DNA of 64,000 nt from Clostridia bacterium (lineage in GTDB: Bacteria; Bacillota; DSM-521; Neomoorellales; Neomoorellaceae): contig JASUSV010000004.1 in assembly GCA_030445865.1 (NCBI GenBank), positions 10,061-74,060 of the forward strand, read 5' to 3'. Below, piece after piece: positions 26,707-36,566 of this stretch. The translations under genes were made by a program, and so were the position numbers. How positions within the stretch are numbered: position 1 is the first letter of the stretch; each line of letters begins with the position of its first letter. A model generated the notes under the pieces. That model did not search any database and was not told the origin of the DNA. It saw only the letters and a program-made list of their open reading frames with translations.

Positions 26707-28119
26707 GTGGACCGATTGCTGGCAAAGGAAGCCGATTTGATGGCCGTATTGGAAATAGCCCTGCAGCGGGGCGGCGACTTTGCTGAAATCTTTATCGAAC
26801 GCAAAAGGATAACCAGTATTAGCTGTGAAGATGACAAAATCGAACGGGTGAATTCCGGCCTGGATCAGGGAGCCGGGATCCGCGTGCTGGCCGGCGACCG
26901 CACGGTTTACAGTTATACGAACGACATCAGCCGGGAGGGGCTGGAGAAAGCTGCGGCTCAGGTGGCGGCGGCTTTCCAGGGAGAGGCTCAGGTAAAACCG
27001 TGCGCCTTTTCCAGGCCCCGGCCGGGAGCCGATTTTGAATTCAGGCGCCGACCAGATTCCGTACCGGTAGAAGAAAAAGTGGAACTGGTGCAGCGGGCCA
27101 ATAAAGCCGCCCGCGAGGTTGACCCCAGGATCCGGCAGGTAACGGTGGCCTACGGCGATGTTATCCAGGAAGTCACCATAGCCAACAGCGAAGGCGTGCT
27201 GGTCGAAGACGAGCGAGTGCGCTGCCGCCTGGCCGTAAATGCCGTGGCTTCCGACGGCAAGATCATCCAGACGGGTTACGAAGCTGCCGGGGGCCTGTGC
27301 GGCTTCGAACTTTTTGAAGAAATAGATGCGGCCGAACTGGCCAGGAAGGCCGCCCGGCGGGCGGTGCAGATGCTGGAGGCCAGACCGGCGCCGGCGGGGA
27401 AAATGACCGTAGTTATGGCTGCCGAGGCCGGCGGGACCATGATCCACGAAGCCTGTGGCCACGGCCTGGAGGCCGACCTGGTGCAAAAAGGCCTTTCCGT
27501 TTACGCCGGCAAGAAAGGACAGCAGGTGGCCTCGCCCCTGATTACCGTCATCGACGACCCGACCCTTCCCAGTAAATACGGTTCTTTCCGGTTTGATGAT
27601 GAGGGGGCGCCCGGCCAGCGCACGGTGCTCATTCAAAACGGCATCTTGCAGGATTACATGTACGACTACCTCACGGCCCGTAAAGAAAAGCGCCGCTCTA
27701 CCGGCAACGGCCGGCGGGAATCTTACCAGGATCGCCCGATCCCGCGCATGTCCAACACCTTTATCGCCCCCGGCAATGACGATCCGGAGGAAATAATCCG
27801 CTCTACTGCCAGGGGTTTGCTGGTCAAAAAAATGGGCGGCGGCCAGGTAAATACTACCAACGGCGATTTCGTCTTCGACGTAGCCGAAGGTTATCTCATT
27901 CAGGATGGAAAAATCGGGCCGGCCGTAAGGGGCGCTACCCTGACCGGCAACGGGCCCGAGGTTTTGCGCCTGGTAGACCGCGTGGGCAAAGACTTGGGTT
28001 TCAGTTTGGGCACCTGCGGTAAAGACGGCCAGGGCGTACCGGTAGGCGATGCCCAGCCGACCATACGCATTCCGGAAATGGTTGTAGGCGGTATTCTGGA
28101 GGACGAAGAAGGTGAATGA
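26707..28119 (+). CDS. tldD: TldD metalloprotease
   Basis: The HEACGHGLE metal-binding motif is present, the size is 470 aa, and it is paired with pmbA. Confidence 0.9.
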   Translation: MDRLLAKEADLMAVLEIALQRGGDFAEIFIERKRITSISCEDDKIERVNSGLDQGAGIRVLAGDRTVYSYTNDISREGLEKAAAQVAAAFQGEAQVKPCAFSRPRPGADFEFRRRPDSVPVEEKVELVQRANKAAREVDPRIRQVTVAYGDVIQEVTIANSEGVLVEDERVRCRLAVNAVASDGKIIQTGYEAAGGLCGFELFEEIDAAELARKAARRAVQMLEARPAPAGKMTVVMAAEAGGTMIHEACGHGLEADLVQKGLSVYAGKKGQQVASPLITVIDDPTLPSKYGSFRFDDEGAPGQRTVLIQNGILQDYMYDYLTARKEKRRSTGNGRRESYQDRPIPRMSNTFIAPGNDDPEEIIRSTARGLLVKKMGGGQVNTTNGDFVFDVAEGYLIQDGKIGPAVRGATLTGNGPEVLRLVDRVGKDLGFSLGTCGKDGQGVPVGDAQPTIRIPEMVVGGILEDEEGE

Positions 28120-29469
28120 ATGGACCCGCAGTTAGAAAAGGATTACCTTGATCTGGTTGTGCAGGTAGTGGAAAAAGCTGGAAAACGTGGCGTTATGGCC
28201 GAGGCCTACTTGAGCGGCAGCCAGGAATTAAACATTGAGGTGCGCGACCAGGAAATTGAAGCCCTAACGGTGGCCAGCGACCGGGGGCTGGGCCTGCGCG
28301 TGCTTGCCGGCGGCAAGGTAGGATTTGCCTATACGACGGATTTAAGCCCTGCGGCGTTAGACGAAGTGGTAGACCGGGCCCTGGCCAACGCCGGCCTGGC
28401 AACGGCCGATCCCTTTAACCGCTTGCCGGGGTCTCCGGGCGGCTACCCAGAACTGGCGATCTACGATCCGGACATCGAAGCTACGCCGGTGGCAGATAAA
28501 ATCGAGATGGCGCGAAAGTTGGAGCGCGAGGCCAGGGCTTTCGACCCTAGGGTAAAGATTACGGAAAGCTGTTGCTACCGCGACCAGACCTATGTAGTTG
28601 CCCTGGCCAATTCACAGGGCGTGGCGGCCAGCTACCGCGGCGCTTACTGCGGCCTGAGCCTTTTTGTGGTCGCCGTAGAAGGGGCTGAAAACCAAACGGG
28701 TTTCAGCTTGCAGTATACCTTGCGTTTAAAAGAGCTGGACGCGGCCAGGGTAGGCCGCGAGGCGGCAGCCAGGGCGGTGCGCCAGCTGGGAGCCAGGCGG
28801 ATCGAGACCCAAAAGGCGGCAGTTGTCTTCGATCCCTACGTGGCCAGCAATTTTTTGAGCGTCCTTGCCTCCAGCCTGACGGCCGAGGCCGTGCAGAAAG
28901 GTAAGTCGCTTTTTAAAGGCCGCGTAGGCCAGAAAGTGGCTTCGGATATGGTGAGCATCATCGACGACGGCCGCCTGGCCGGCGGCATTGCAACGGCGCC
29001 CTTTGATGGCGAAGGCGTGCCTACCGGCCGCACCGTCCTAATCGAGGGCGGCATCCTGCGCGGCTTTCTCCATAACACCTACACGGCGGCCAGAGAGGGG
29101 GTAAAGTCCACCGGCAACGGCAGCCGCGGCTCTTTTAAGACTACGCCAGAGGTTGGGACGACCAACTTTTTTATCCAGCCGGGAAAACTGTCGCCCGAGG
29201 AACTTTTAAAAGATATCGAGCGCGGCTTTTACGTCACCGAGGTTATGGGCATGCATACTGCCAACCCCGTTTCCGGCGACTTCTCCGTAGGCGCCAGTGG
29301 CCTTTTAATCGAGAAGGGCGAGCTCACGCGGCCGGTACGCGGCGTGGCCATAGCCGGTAATCTCATCGGCCTCCTGGAGGCGGTGGATGGGGTTGGCAAC
29401 GACCTCGTATTTTTTGGCGCTACCGGCTCTCCGACTTTGCGCATAGCCAGGATGACCATAAGCGGGTAA
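28120..29469 (+). CDS. pmbA: PmbA/TldE
   Basis: It is a TldD/PmbA-family sequence without the HExxxH motif and is translationally coupled to tldD. Confidence 0.88.
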   Translation: MDPQLEKDYLDLVVQVVEKAGKRGVMAEAYLSGSQELNIEVRDQEIEALTVASDRGLGLRVLAGGKVGFAYTTDLSPAALDEVVDRALANAGLATADPFNRLPGSPGGYPELAIYDPDIEATPVADKIEMARKLEREARAFDPRVKITESCCYRDQTYVVALANSQGVAASYRGAYCGLSLFVVAVEGAENQTGFSLQYTLRLKELDAARVGREAAARAVRQLGARRIETQKAAVVFDPYVASNFLSVLASSLTAEAVQKGKSLFKGRVGQKVASDMVSIIDDGRLAGGIATAPFDGEGVPTGRTVLIEGGILRGFLHNTYTAAREGVKSTGNGSRGSFKTTPEVGTTNFFIQPGKLSPEELLKDIERGFYVTEVMGMHTANPVSGDFSVGASGLLIEKGELTRPVRGVAIAGNLIGLLEAVDGVGNDLVFFGATGSPTLRIARMTISG

Positions 29470-29480
29470 AATCGGGTTAT

Positions 29481-29658
29481 GAGACCGAGCCCGGAGGCGG
29501 GGCTGAGGCATGGAGGCCCGAGGCCGGCCACTTAAGTCTGCGATGTCGAATTGGCCGGGAACCCCGCCGGAGGGTGAGGGGGGCCGTACGGCTTGTTGGC
29601 GAGCCCGAAAGACACCGGCGCCAGCGCCCCGGCATGGGGAATGTTTCGGAAGCATCAT
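29481..29658 (+). repeat. GC-rich intergenic repeat, copy A (right arm plus core; 5' arm absent)
   Basis: By eye it is roughly three-quarters identical to 37281..37463. Shared blocks are GAGACCGAGCCCGGAGGCGGGGC, GGCCGGCCACT, GTCGAATTGGCCG, CCGGAGGG, GGCGAGCCCG, CGCCAGCGCCCCGGCA and TTTCGGAAGCATCAT. Confidence 0.75.
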
Positions 29659-29700
29659 AAAAACTACCCAAGAGAGCGAAAATATGGTAAAATGCTGCCC

Positions 29701-30171
29701 ATGAGGATTCTAGTTATTAACGGTCCTAACCTGAACCTGCTTGGGGAGCGCGAGCCCGAAATTTACGGCAGGGCCACCCTGGCGGAGATCGAGCAGGAGT
29801 TAAGGCGCCAGGCCGAAGCCGGAGGCGTGGAGATCGAGTTTTTTCAATCCAACCACGAAGGAGAGCTGATCGACTACCTCCACGGAGCCCGGCAGCGGGC
29901 CGACGCCCTGGTAATTAACCCCGGCGCCTTGGCCCATTACAGTTACGCCTTGCGGGACGCCCTGGCAGCGGTAGGCATACCGGCGGTAGAGGTGCATTTA
30001 TCGAACATTTACCGGCGCGAGGAATTTCGCCATCATTCCGTACTGGCCCCGGTAGTGCAGGGCCAGATCAGCGGGCTGGGAGCTTTAAGTTACCGGCTGG
30101 GGCTGGAGGCAGCCATCGCCCTGGCGAAAGAGCGCAAAACCGGGGGCGGCCCATGGGGCAGGCGCGCATAA
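29701..30171 (+). CDS. aroQ: Type II 3-dehydroquinate dehydratase
   Basis: [23 protein letters not shown] is present. The ORF is open from 29593, but that upstream part lies in the repeat. Confidence 0.92.
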   Translation: MRILVINGPNLNLLGEREPEIYGRATLAEIEQELRRQAEAGGVEIEFFQSNHEGELIDYLHGARQRADALVINPGALAHYSYALRDALAAVGIPAVEVHLSNIYRREEFRHHSVLAPVVQGQISGLGALSYRLGLEAAIALAKERKTGGGPWGRRA

Positions 30172-31247
30172 GCAACTTGCGCCGCCGGATGCAGGAAGAA
30201 AACATAGAGGCCCTGCTCGTTTCGGCGCCGGAAAACCGTTTTTATTTGAGCGGCTTTACCGGGGACGAAGGCTGGCTTTTAGTTACCAGCGGAAAGGCTT
30301 TTCTCATTACCGACCGCCGTTTCCTGGAACAGGCCGCCGCCGAGGCGCCGAATTTTATAATCGTCGACCGCGGAGATTCCTTTCTTGCCAGGCTGGGAGA
30401 AGTGGTGGCGGAAGAAGGTATCCGCATCCTGGCGCTGGAAGAAGACCACGTTACCTTCAATTTTTACCGCCGGGTAATGGAGGCAGTTGCCGATCCTAAA
30501 AGCAACTTGCCTAAGAATTTAATTTTAAAACCCGCTTCGGGCTTAGTAGAAGGTCTAAGGGAAATTAAAGAGGAGGGCGAAATCCAACTCCTGCGCCGGG
30601 CGGCTAACCTGGCCGACGCCGCCTTTGAATACATTCTCAGTTTCTTAAAGCCGGGGGCACTGGAAATAGAAATAGCGGCCGAACTGGAATATTTTATGCG
30701 GCGGAAGGGCGCCGAAGGCCCGGCTTTTCCGACCATAGTCGCCAGCGGGCCCCGCTCTTCCCTGCCCCATGGCAGGGCGGGGAAGCGGGCCCTGCAGAAG
30801 GGCGATTTGGTAGTCCTGGATTTCGGCGCCCTGTTCGGCGGCTATAACTCCGACCTTACGCGCACGGTTGTCCTCGGGCCCGTTACGCCGGAGCAAACCC
30901 GCCTTTACCGGACGGTAAGGACGGCCCAGGAGCTGGCCTTGCAGGGGCTAAAAGCCGGCCTGAAAGCCCGCGAAGCCGATGCCCTGGCGCGAAATTATAT
31001 TGAGAGCACGGATTATGCTGGCCGCTTTGCCCACGGCCTGGGCCACGGTGTAGGCCTCTCCATACACGAAGGGCCGACCCTATCGCATAACCGCGAAACT
31101 ATTTTGCAGGCGGGTATGGTGGTCACGGTGGAGCCGGGTATTTATCTTCCGGGATGGGGCGGGGTGCGCATCGAGGATATGGCGGTGGTGGAAGAAGACG
31201 GGTGCGCCATCCTGACACATGCCGATAAAAGCCTGCTAGTATTATAG
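30153..31247 (+). CDS. pepP: Xaa-Pro aminopeptidase/dipeptidase (M24B)
   Basis: The metal ligands ([31 protein letters not shown]) are present, and the gene sits upstream of efp. Confidence 0.88.
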   Translation: MGQARISNLRRRMQEENIEALLVSAPENRFYLSGFTGDEGWLLVTSGKAFLITDRRFLEQAAAEAPNFIIVDRGDSFLARLGEVVAEEGIRILALEEDHVTFNFYRRVMEAVADPKSNLPKNLILKPASGLVEGLREIKEEGEIQLLRRAANLADAAFEYILSFLKPGALEIEIAAELEYFMRRKGAEGPAFPTIVASGPRSSLPHGRAGKRALQKGDLVVLDFGALFGGYNSDLTRTVVLGPVTPEQTRLYRTVRTAQELALQGLKAGLKAREADALARNYIESTDYAGRFAHGLGHGVGLSIHEGPTLSHNRETILQAGMVVTVEPGIYLPGWGGVRIEDMAVVEEDGCAILTHADKSLLVL

Positions 31248-31259
31248 GGGGGTTGACTT

Positions 31260-31817
31260 TTGATCTCAGTTAACGACCTGCGTACCGGACTGACCATTGA
31301 GGTAGACGGCGAAGTTTACAGCGTGATAGAGTTTATGCACGTCAAGCCTGGAAAAGGAGCCGCCTTTGTGCGCACCAAATTAAAAAACAGGCGTACGGGC
31401 GCGGTAATCGAGCGCACCTTCCGGGCCGGGGAAAAAGTTAACCGGGCGCATGTTGAGCGTCGGGAAGTGCAATATTTATATAACGACGGTGATAATTATT
31501 ACTTCATGGATACCGAAACTTTTGAACAGTTTACCCTCCCGCGCCACCAGCTGGAGGAAGCGATAAAATACTTGAAAGATGACATGATTCTGGCCATCTT
31601 ATTTTACCAGGGCGAAACCATAGGCATTGATTTGCCTAATTTCGTCGAACTAAAGGTGGTGGATACCGAGCCGGGTATTAGAGGCGATACGGCTACGGGC
31701 GGCAGCAAGAGCGCCACCCTGGAAACCGGGGCCGTGGTACAGGTACCGCTTTTTATCGAGGTCGGCGATGTGGTCCGTATCGACACCCGTACCGGCGAGT
31801 ACCTCGAACGCGCCTAA
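31260..31817 (+). CDS. efp: Elongation factor P
   Basis: [36 protein letters not shown] is present; the length is 185 aa. Confidence 0.95.
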   Translation: MISVNDLRTGLTIEVDGEVYSVIEFMHVKPGKGAAFVRTKLKNRRTGAVIERTFRAGEKVNRAHVERREVQYLYNDGDNYYFMDTETFEQFTLPRHQLEEAIKYLKDDMILAILFYQGETIGIDLPNFVELKVVDTEPGIRGDTATGGSKSATLETGAVVQVPLFIEVGDVVRIDTRTGEYLERA

Positions 31818-31877
31818 AGGCGTTTAAACGGCGTGGAGCGAGGGGAATAATAAAGGAGCGGAAAGGAGCGTTGCTAA

Positions 31878-32393
31878 ATGAAACATTTACGTAAGAAGGT
31901 CGCTTACCTGCAAGGCCTCATGGCCGGCCTCGACCTGGATCAGGATAGCAAGGAGGCCCGCATTTTAACGGAAATCGTTGGCGTGCTAGAGGATATGGCC
32001 GAGGCTATTGCCGACCTGCGCGAAGACTACGAGGAACTCGAGGAGTACCTGGAGAGCATTGACGAGGATTTGTACGACCTGGAAGACGAGGTCTACGAAG
32101 ACGATGAAGATGAAGATGAGGAAGAAGAAGACGAATACGAGGAAATAGACGAAGACGAGGAAGAAGATGAAGATGAGGGCGATTACATCGAGGTCGAATG
32201 TCCCAAGTGCCACGAGATCGTCTGTTTTGACGCCGATGTTTTGGACGACGAAGATGTGGTAGAAGTCACCTGCCCCAACTGCGAAACCGTGGTCTTCGTT
32301 AACGAGGCCGAGGAAGCGCCGGAGGCCGAGGAAACCGGGGAAGCCGCCCCAAGTAAAGCGCCGGCAGGTAATAAAGATACGGAAGATATTTAA
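31878..32393 (+). CDS. Highly acidic protein with C-terminal CxxC..CxxC zinc ribbon (function unknown)
   Basis: A long Asp/Glu tract is followed by CPKCH...CPNCE. A good RBS (AAAGGAG) is present and two terminators follow the gene. Confidence 0.7.
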   Translation: MKHLRKKVAYLQGLMAGLDLDQDSKEARILTEIVGVLEDMAEAIADLREDYEELEEYLESIDEDLYDLEDEVYEDDEDEDEEEEDEYEEIDEDEEEDEDEGDYIEVECPKCHEIVCFDADVLDDEDVVEVTCPNCETVVFVNEAEEAPEAEETGEAAPSKAPAGNKDTEDI

Positions 32394-32413
32394 CCAGCGG
32401 GAGAACCGTTTTT

Positions 32414-32441
32414 AGCCGCCTAAAAGAAGGGCGGCTTTTTA
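32414..32441 (+). terminator. Intrinsic terminator
   Basis: AGCCGCC-TAAAAGAAG-GGCGGCT followed by TTTTT. Confidence 0.7.
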
Positions 32442-32460
32442 CTCCGGTTCCAAAAACAAA

Positions 32461-32492
32461 ACCCGTTACCTTAGATGGTAGCGGGTTTTTGT
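32461..32492 (+). terminator. Second intrinsic terminator in tandem
   Basis: ACCCGTTACC-TTAGAT-GGTAGCGGGT (10 bp, one G-U pair) followed by TTTTTGTTT. An A-run lies upstream, so it could act in both directions. Confidence 0.7.
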
Positions 32493-32542
32493 TTGCATAA
32501 AATTGGTAAGGCGTTAATATCCATATGTTAAGGGGGACAAGA

Positions 32543-33580
32543 ATGGCCGTGGTAAAGCTTGCGCTGAAAACCCAAAATGGGGAGGCCCCTCAACAAGATG
32601 AGGTCTATAACTGGGAGCCGGTTTTCGGTTTATTGCCCTCTCCCCTTCATTCCTTAATCGGCTCGTTGCCGGTTGAAGTATTGAAAAATCTCGAAGAAAT
32701 TCGCCTCCGCCGGGGACGGCCCCTGCAGGTTCGCTGGTCCGGCGGCGAGGGCTGGGTGGCGGGAGGGGGAGGCACTACTTTAGATTTGGGCCAGGCTCGT
32801 ATCCTCCAGGCCGGCGAACTCCAATACGCCCTTCAGGCCTTGACGCGAAACTCCCTCTACGCTCTCGAGGAGGAGTTGCGGCTCGGGTACATCACCATCC
32901 CCGGCGGCCACAGGGTGGGGTTGACCGGCGAGGCGGTGGTAGAAAACGGAGAAGTTAAAACCTTGAAAAATATTACCGGCTTAAACATCCGGCTGGCCCG
33001 CAGCCTGACGGGTTGCGCCCGGCCGCTGCTACCCTTCCTAAGCGACGGCCAGAACAGGCCTTATAATACCCTGATAATTTCGCCCCCGCGCTGCGGCAAA
33101 ACCACCCTTTTGCGGGATTTAGTGCGCAGCTTCAGCCTGGGCCTGCCGCCGCTTCCCGGCGGCTTCAATGTCGCCGTGGTAGACGAGCGTTCGGAAATAG
33201 CCGGATGTTACCAGGGCATCCCCCAGTTGGACGTGGGGCCGCGCACCGATGTCCTTGACCGCTGCCCCAAGGCTTCGGGTATGCTTATGCTCCTGCGCTC
33301 CATGGGCCCGGAAATTATCGCCACGGATGAAATCGGCCGGCCGCCGGATCTGGAGGCCCTCCAGGAGGTTCTCAATGCCGGCGTGGCCGTCCTGGCTACG
33401 GTCCATGCGCCTGACATCGAGGCCTTAAGCCGGCGGCCGGGCTGGGCCCCTTTGCTGGCGGCAGGCGTGTGGCAGCGGCTTATAGTTTTAAGCCGTAGAT
33501 CCGGCCCCGGCACGGTAGAAGCGGTTTTTGACGGGGCTGGAGGGAAGATTCAAAAGCTCTATCTACACCCACAAACCTAA
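32543..33580 (+). CDS. spoIIIAA: Stage III sporulation protein AA (ATPase)
   Basis: Walker A PPRCGKTTLLRDL is present and the gene heads the spoIIIA operon. The ATG at 32543 follows AGGGGG; the ORF is open from 32525. Confidence 0.88.
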   Translation: MAVVKLALKTQNGEAPQQDEVYNWEPVFGLLPSPLHSLIGSLPVEVLKNLEEIRLRRGRPLQVRWSGGEGWVAGGGGTTLDLGQARILQAGELQYALQALTRNSLYALEEELRLGYITIPGGHRVGLTGEAVVENGEVKTLKNITGLNIRLARSLTGCARPLLPFLSDGQNRPYNTLIISPPRCGKTTLLRDLVRSFSLGLPPLPGGFNVAVVDERSEIAGCYQGIPQLDVGPRTDVLDRCPKASGMLMLLRSMGPEIIATDEIGRPPDLEALQEVLNAGVAVLATVHAPDIEALSRRPGWAPLLAAGVWQRLIVLSRRSGPGTVEAVFDGAGGKIQKLYLHPQT

Positions 33581-33613
33581 CATCAAGGGCGGCTTTGCTG
33601 GGAGGAAATTACC

Positions 33614-34132
33614 GTGCTTAAACTTCTCGGTTCCGGCTTGGTAATATTCGGCTGCGGCATGCTGGGTTTGAGCTTGGCCCAGGGCTACAGGTTGCGGCCG
33701 CTCCACCTGCGCAACTTGCAGTCGGCGCTTAAGATGCTGGAAACGGAGATAGAGTATGCGGCTACGCCGCTGCCGGAAGCTCTAGCCAAGATTGCCGGTT
33801 TGGCCGACGCGCCGGCCACTACTTTTTTTAGCCAGGCCGCTGCCGCTCTCCGGGAAGAACCCGGCCGGCCGGTTTTAGAAACCTGGCAGCAGGCACTAAA
33901 ATTTTTGGCTGCCGAGGGCTCTTTAACCGCCGCCGATCTCAATATCCTTAAATCCCTGGGCCAAACCCTGGGGGCTTCCGACCGGGAAGACCAGTTGAAA
34001 AATATCGAACTGGCCCGGTTGCAGTTGCAGGAGCAGGAAAAGCAGGCCGAGGAAGAAGAAAAGCGCCAGGGGAGAATGTGGCGTACTTTAGGCTTCTTAC
34101 TGGGAGCGGCCCTGGTGCTGGTTTTCTATTAA
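33614..34132 (+). CDS. spoIIIAB: Stage III sporulation protein AB
   Basis: Size, the N- and C-terminal TM helices and the operon position fit SpoIIIAB. Confidence 0.8.
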   Translation: MLKLLGSGLVIFGCGMLGLSLAQGYRLRPLHLRNLQSALKMLETEIEYAATPLPEALAKIAGLADAPATTFFSQAAAALREEPGRPVLETWQQALKFLAAEGSLTAADLNILKSLGQTLGASDREDQLKNIELARLQLQEQEKQAEEEEKRQGRMWRTLGFLLGAALVLVFY

Positions 34133-34149
34133 GGGATAGGGGGAGGAAT

Positions 34150-34356
34150 ATGCTGAACGTAGATGTCAGCCTCATCTTTCGCCTGGCAGCACTGGCAATC
34201 ATTATATCTATCTTTTATACCTTCTTAAAACAGGCCGGCCGCGATGAATACGCTTATATGACCCTGCTTGCCGGCCTGGCCATTGCCTTGCTCTGGGTTA
34301 TTCCGGTAATTATGCAGCTGTTCGAGGCGGTGCGGGCGGTCTTTCAATTGTATTAA
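34150..34356 (+). CDS. spoIIIAC: Stage III sporulation protein AC
   Basis: It is a 68-aa two-TM protein beginning MLNVDVSLIFRLAALAII. The ATG at 34150 follows GGGAGG. Confidence 0.85.
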   Translation: MLNVDVSLIFRLAALAIIISIFYTFLKQAGRDEYAYMTLLAGLAIALLWVIPVIMQLFEAVRAVFQLY

Positions 34357-34370
34357 AAGGGGTAATCGGG

Positions 34371-34760
34371 ATGGAAATTTTTCAGATAGTAGGCCTGGGA
34401 CTCACCGCCACCCTGATCATTGTGATCTTGCGCCAGGCCAAAAGCCCGGAAACCGCCCTGCTCATCAGCATAACCGTGGGAGCGATAGTCTTTATCCTTT
34501 TGTTGGACCGCCTGGGAGTAGTCATCCGGCTGTTGGCCGACCTTTCGGACCGGGCGGGCATCAACCAGTTTTACCTTAACACTTTGTTGAAGATAATCGG
34601 CATCGCTTATGTGGCCGAATTCGGCTCCCAGGTCTGCCGGGATGCCGGGGAAAATGCCGTCGGCGACAAGATCGAACTGGCGGCCAAGGTGCTGATCCTA
34701 GTTCTGGCCATACCCATTTTAGCCGCCATCCTCGAAACCATAATACGGCTCCTGGGCTAG
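34371..34760 (+). CDS. spoIIIAD: Stage III sporulation protein AD
   Basis: It is a 129-aa polytopic protein containing LLKIIGIAYVAEFGSQVCRDAGE. Confidence 0.85.
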   Translation: MEIFQIVGLGLTATLIIVILRQAKSPETALLISITVGAIVFILLLDRLGVVIRLLADLSDRAGINQFYLNTLLKIIGIAYVAEFGSQVCRDAGENAVGDKIELAAKVLILVLAIPILAAILETIIRLLG

Positions 34761-34770
34761 GTGAAAAAGA

Positions 34771-35973
34771 TTGCGCCGGAGATGGAGAATAATTTTTTAC
34801 CTGCTGCTTATATTCATTAATTTTACCCCTCAGGTTATGGCCCGGGAATTATCCGGCGAGGGTTCCCGGCCGGTATTCTTGCTGGACGAAGAAATCCGGC
34901 GCCAGCTCGGCGAACTTGACCTGGGAGGGGTAGAAGATTTTCTGCAGCACTTAGACCGGGAAGTCGGGCAGTATTTGCCCCGCCTGGACTTGCGCCAGAC
35001 GGTTCTGGCTCTTGCGAGGGGAGAATTCAGCCTGTCCCCTGCAGGCATTCTCCAGGGTTTGCTCCGCTATTTTTTTCATGAAGTCTGGGCCAACCTGGCT
35101 TTACTGGGGCAACTTATCGTCCTGGCCGTCGTCTGCGCCCTCTTGACCAACCTCCAGGCTGCTTTCGAAAAGGGCACGGTTGGCCAGCTGGCCAGGGGAG
35201 TTGCTTTTCTGGCCCTGTCGGCCATAGCCCTTACCTCCTTTCATGTGGCGCTGCGCAGCGGCAGTGAGGCCATCGAGCGCATGGTTAGTTTTTTGCAGGC
35301 CATGGTTCCCCTGCAGGCGGTTTTGCTTGCGGCTGTAGGCAGCTTTTCTTCCGCCGCCATTCTGCAGCCGGTGCTCCTGGTGGCGGTGAGCGTTTTAAGC
35401 ACGGTAACGCGCACCACCATTTTCCCCGTCCTTTATTTTGCCGCCGTTTTAGGGGTGGTAAGCCAGCTTTCCGACCGCTTCCAGGTTTCAAAGCTGGCCG
35501 ATCTCCTCCGCCAGGCAACCGTGGCTCTGTTGGGCTTGATGCTAACCGTTTTTATCGGCGTGTTAACCGTCTATGGGGTGGCGGGTTCGGTGGCCGACGG
35601 CGTGGGCCTACGGGCGGCGGAGTTCGCCACGGCAGTATTTATCCCGGCCATCGGCAAGATCCTTTCCGATGCCGTGGGCGTAGTTGCCGGGACAACCCTC
35701 TTGATTAAGAACGGCGTGGGCCTGGTAGGCGCCATGGGTATCCTGGCCTTGACAGCCTTGCCGGCGCTGAAGATCCTGGCCCTGGTAGCCGTCTATAAAA
35801 TCGCCGCCGCCCTGGTGCAGCCTTTTGGCGAAAGCGGTACGGTGGAAGTTTTAAACGGCATGGGCAACGCCCTGGTCCTTATCTTCGCCTGCGTCACCTC
35901 CGTAGGATTAATGTTTTTTATGGCCATCGCCTTGCTCGTCGCCTTAGGTAATTTAACCCTAGCCTTAAGGTAG
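34771..35973 (+). CDS. spoIIIAE: Stage III sporulation protein AE
   Basis: It is a 400-aa polytopic membrane protein in the expected operon position. Confidence 0.85.
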   Translation: MRRRWRIIFYLLLIFINFTPQVMARELSGEGSRPVFLLDEEIRRQLGELDLGGVEDFLQHLDREVGQYLPRLDLRQTVLALARGEFSLSPAGILQGLLRYFFHEVWANLALLGQLIVLAVVCALLTNLQAAFEKGTVGQLARGVAFLALSAIALTSFHVALRSGSEAIERMVSFLQAMVPLQAVLLAAVGSFSSAAILQPVLLVAVSVLSTVTRTTIFPVLYFAAVLGVVSQLSDRFQVSKLADLLRQATVALLGLMLTVFIGVLTVYGVAGSVADGVGLRAAEFATAVFIPAIGKILSDAVGVVAGTTLLIKNGVGLVGAMGILALTALPALKILALVAVYKIAAALVQPFGESGTVEVLNGMGNALVLIFACVTSVGLMFFMAIALLVALGNLTLALR

Positions 35974-35984
35974 GTGGTGCCTAT

Positions 35985-36566
35985 TTGGAAGCGCTCGCCG
36001 ATATTGTCCGCCAGGTGGCCCTGATCGTCTTGCTGGCTGCATTTTTAGAAATGCTGCTGCCGCGGCGGGGGCTGACGAACTACGTGAGGCTGGTGCTGGG
36101 GCTTTTCGTGCTGGTGGCCATCCTCAACCCTATAGTGGGTATGCTGGGCCGGGGCGGAGAAGTCGCCGTAGCCGCCTGGGACTTGCGCCCACCCCCTCCG
36201 CTTTCAGAAGCGGTAGCCAAAGGACGGGAGCTGGCCAGGCGCAATAATGAAAAAGCCTTGGAAACCTACCGGCATTCCTTGGCCAACCAGATTAAGGCCC
36301 TGGTAAGCCTCATTCCAGGCGCGGGCGAGGCAGAGGTGGAGGTAGAAATAGAACCGGGGGAGACGGGCAGGCTTAAGCTGGTAAGGGTCATCCTGTTCAG
36401 GCCGGCCGAAGTGCGAGGTGAAATTAAGATTCCGCCGGTAGAGCTTGTCCCCGGCGACGGCGAAAATAGGAAGGTGGAACCGGAACTGGTAGAGCGGATC
36501 AAAACCACGGTTTGCCGGTTTTATAACCTGTCGCCGGACCAGGTCCAGGTAATTGCAAGGGGGTGA
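35985..36566 (+). CDS. spoIIIAF: Stage III sporulation protein AF
   Basis: Two N-terminal TM helices and the operon position fit SpoIIIAF. Confidence 0.8.
   Translation: MEALADIVRQVALIVLLAAFLEMLLPRRGLTNYVRLVLGLFVLVAILNPIVGMLGRGGEVAVAAWDLRPPPPLSEAVAKGRELARRNNEKALETYRHSLANQIKALVSLIPGAGEAEVEVEIEPGETGRLKLVRVILFRPAEVRGEIKIPPVELVPGDGENRKVEPELVERIKTTVCRFYNLSPDQVQVIARG

Noticed and set aside
29481-29658. The repeat as 6S RNA or a known riboswitch
   Set aside because: The extended hairpin of copy B resembles 6S RNA superficially. However, there are two divergent copies, copy A lacks the 5' arm, and the full form (~260 nt) is longer than typical 6S RNA. I see no known riboswitch core motif. It is left as unclassified.
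29510-29704. ORFs running through the two repeat copies: 29510..29704(+), 29305..29658(-), 29477..29671(-), the 5' part of 37192..38082(+), 37195..37440(-) and 37320..37502(-)
   Set aside because: The peptides resemble each other only because the DNA is repeated. They are open on both strands, Arg/Pro-rich, and lack start context. The downstream genes aroQ and spoIIIAH have convincing starts at 29701 and 37486.
32495-32540. SigE-type promoter (GCATAAA ... CATATGTT) upstream of spoIIIAA
   Set aside because: The spacer is about 20 nt, longer than I expect for SigE promoters. The -10-like box would also sit on top of the RBS and start region, so the geometry does not fit.
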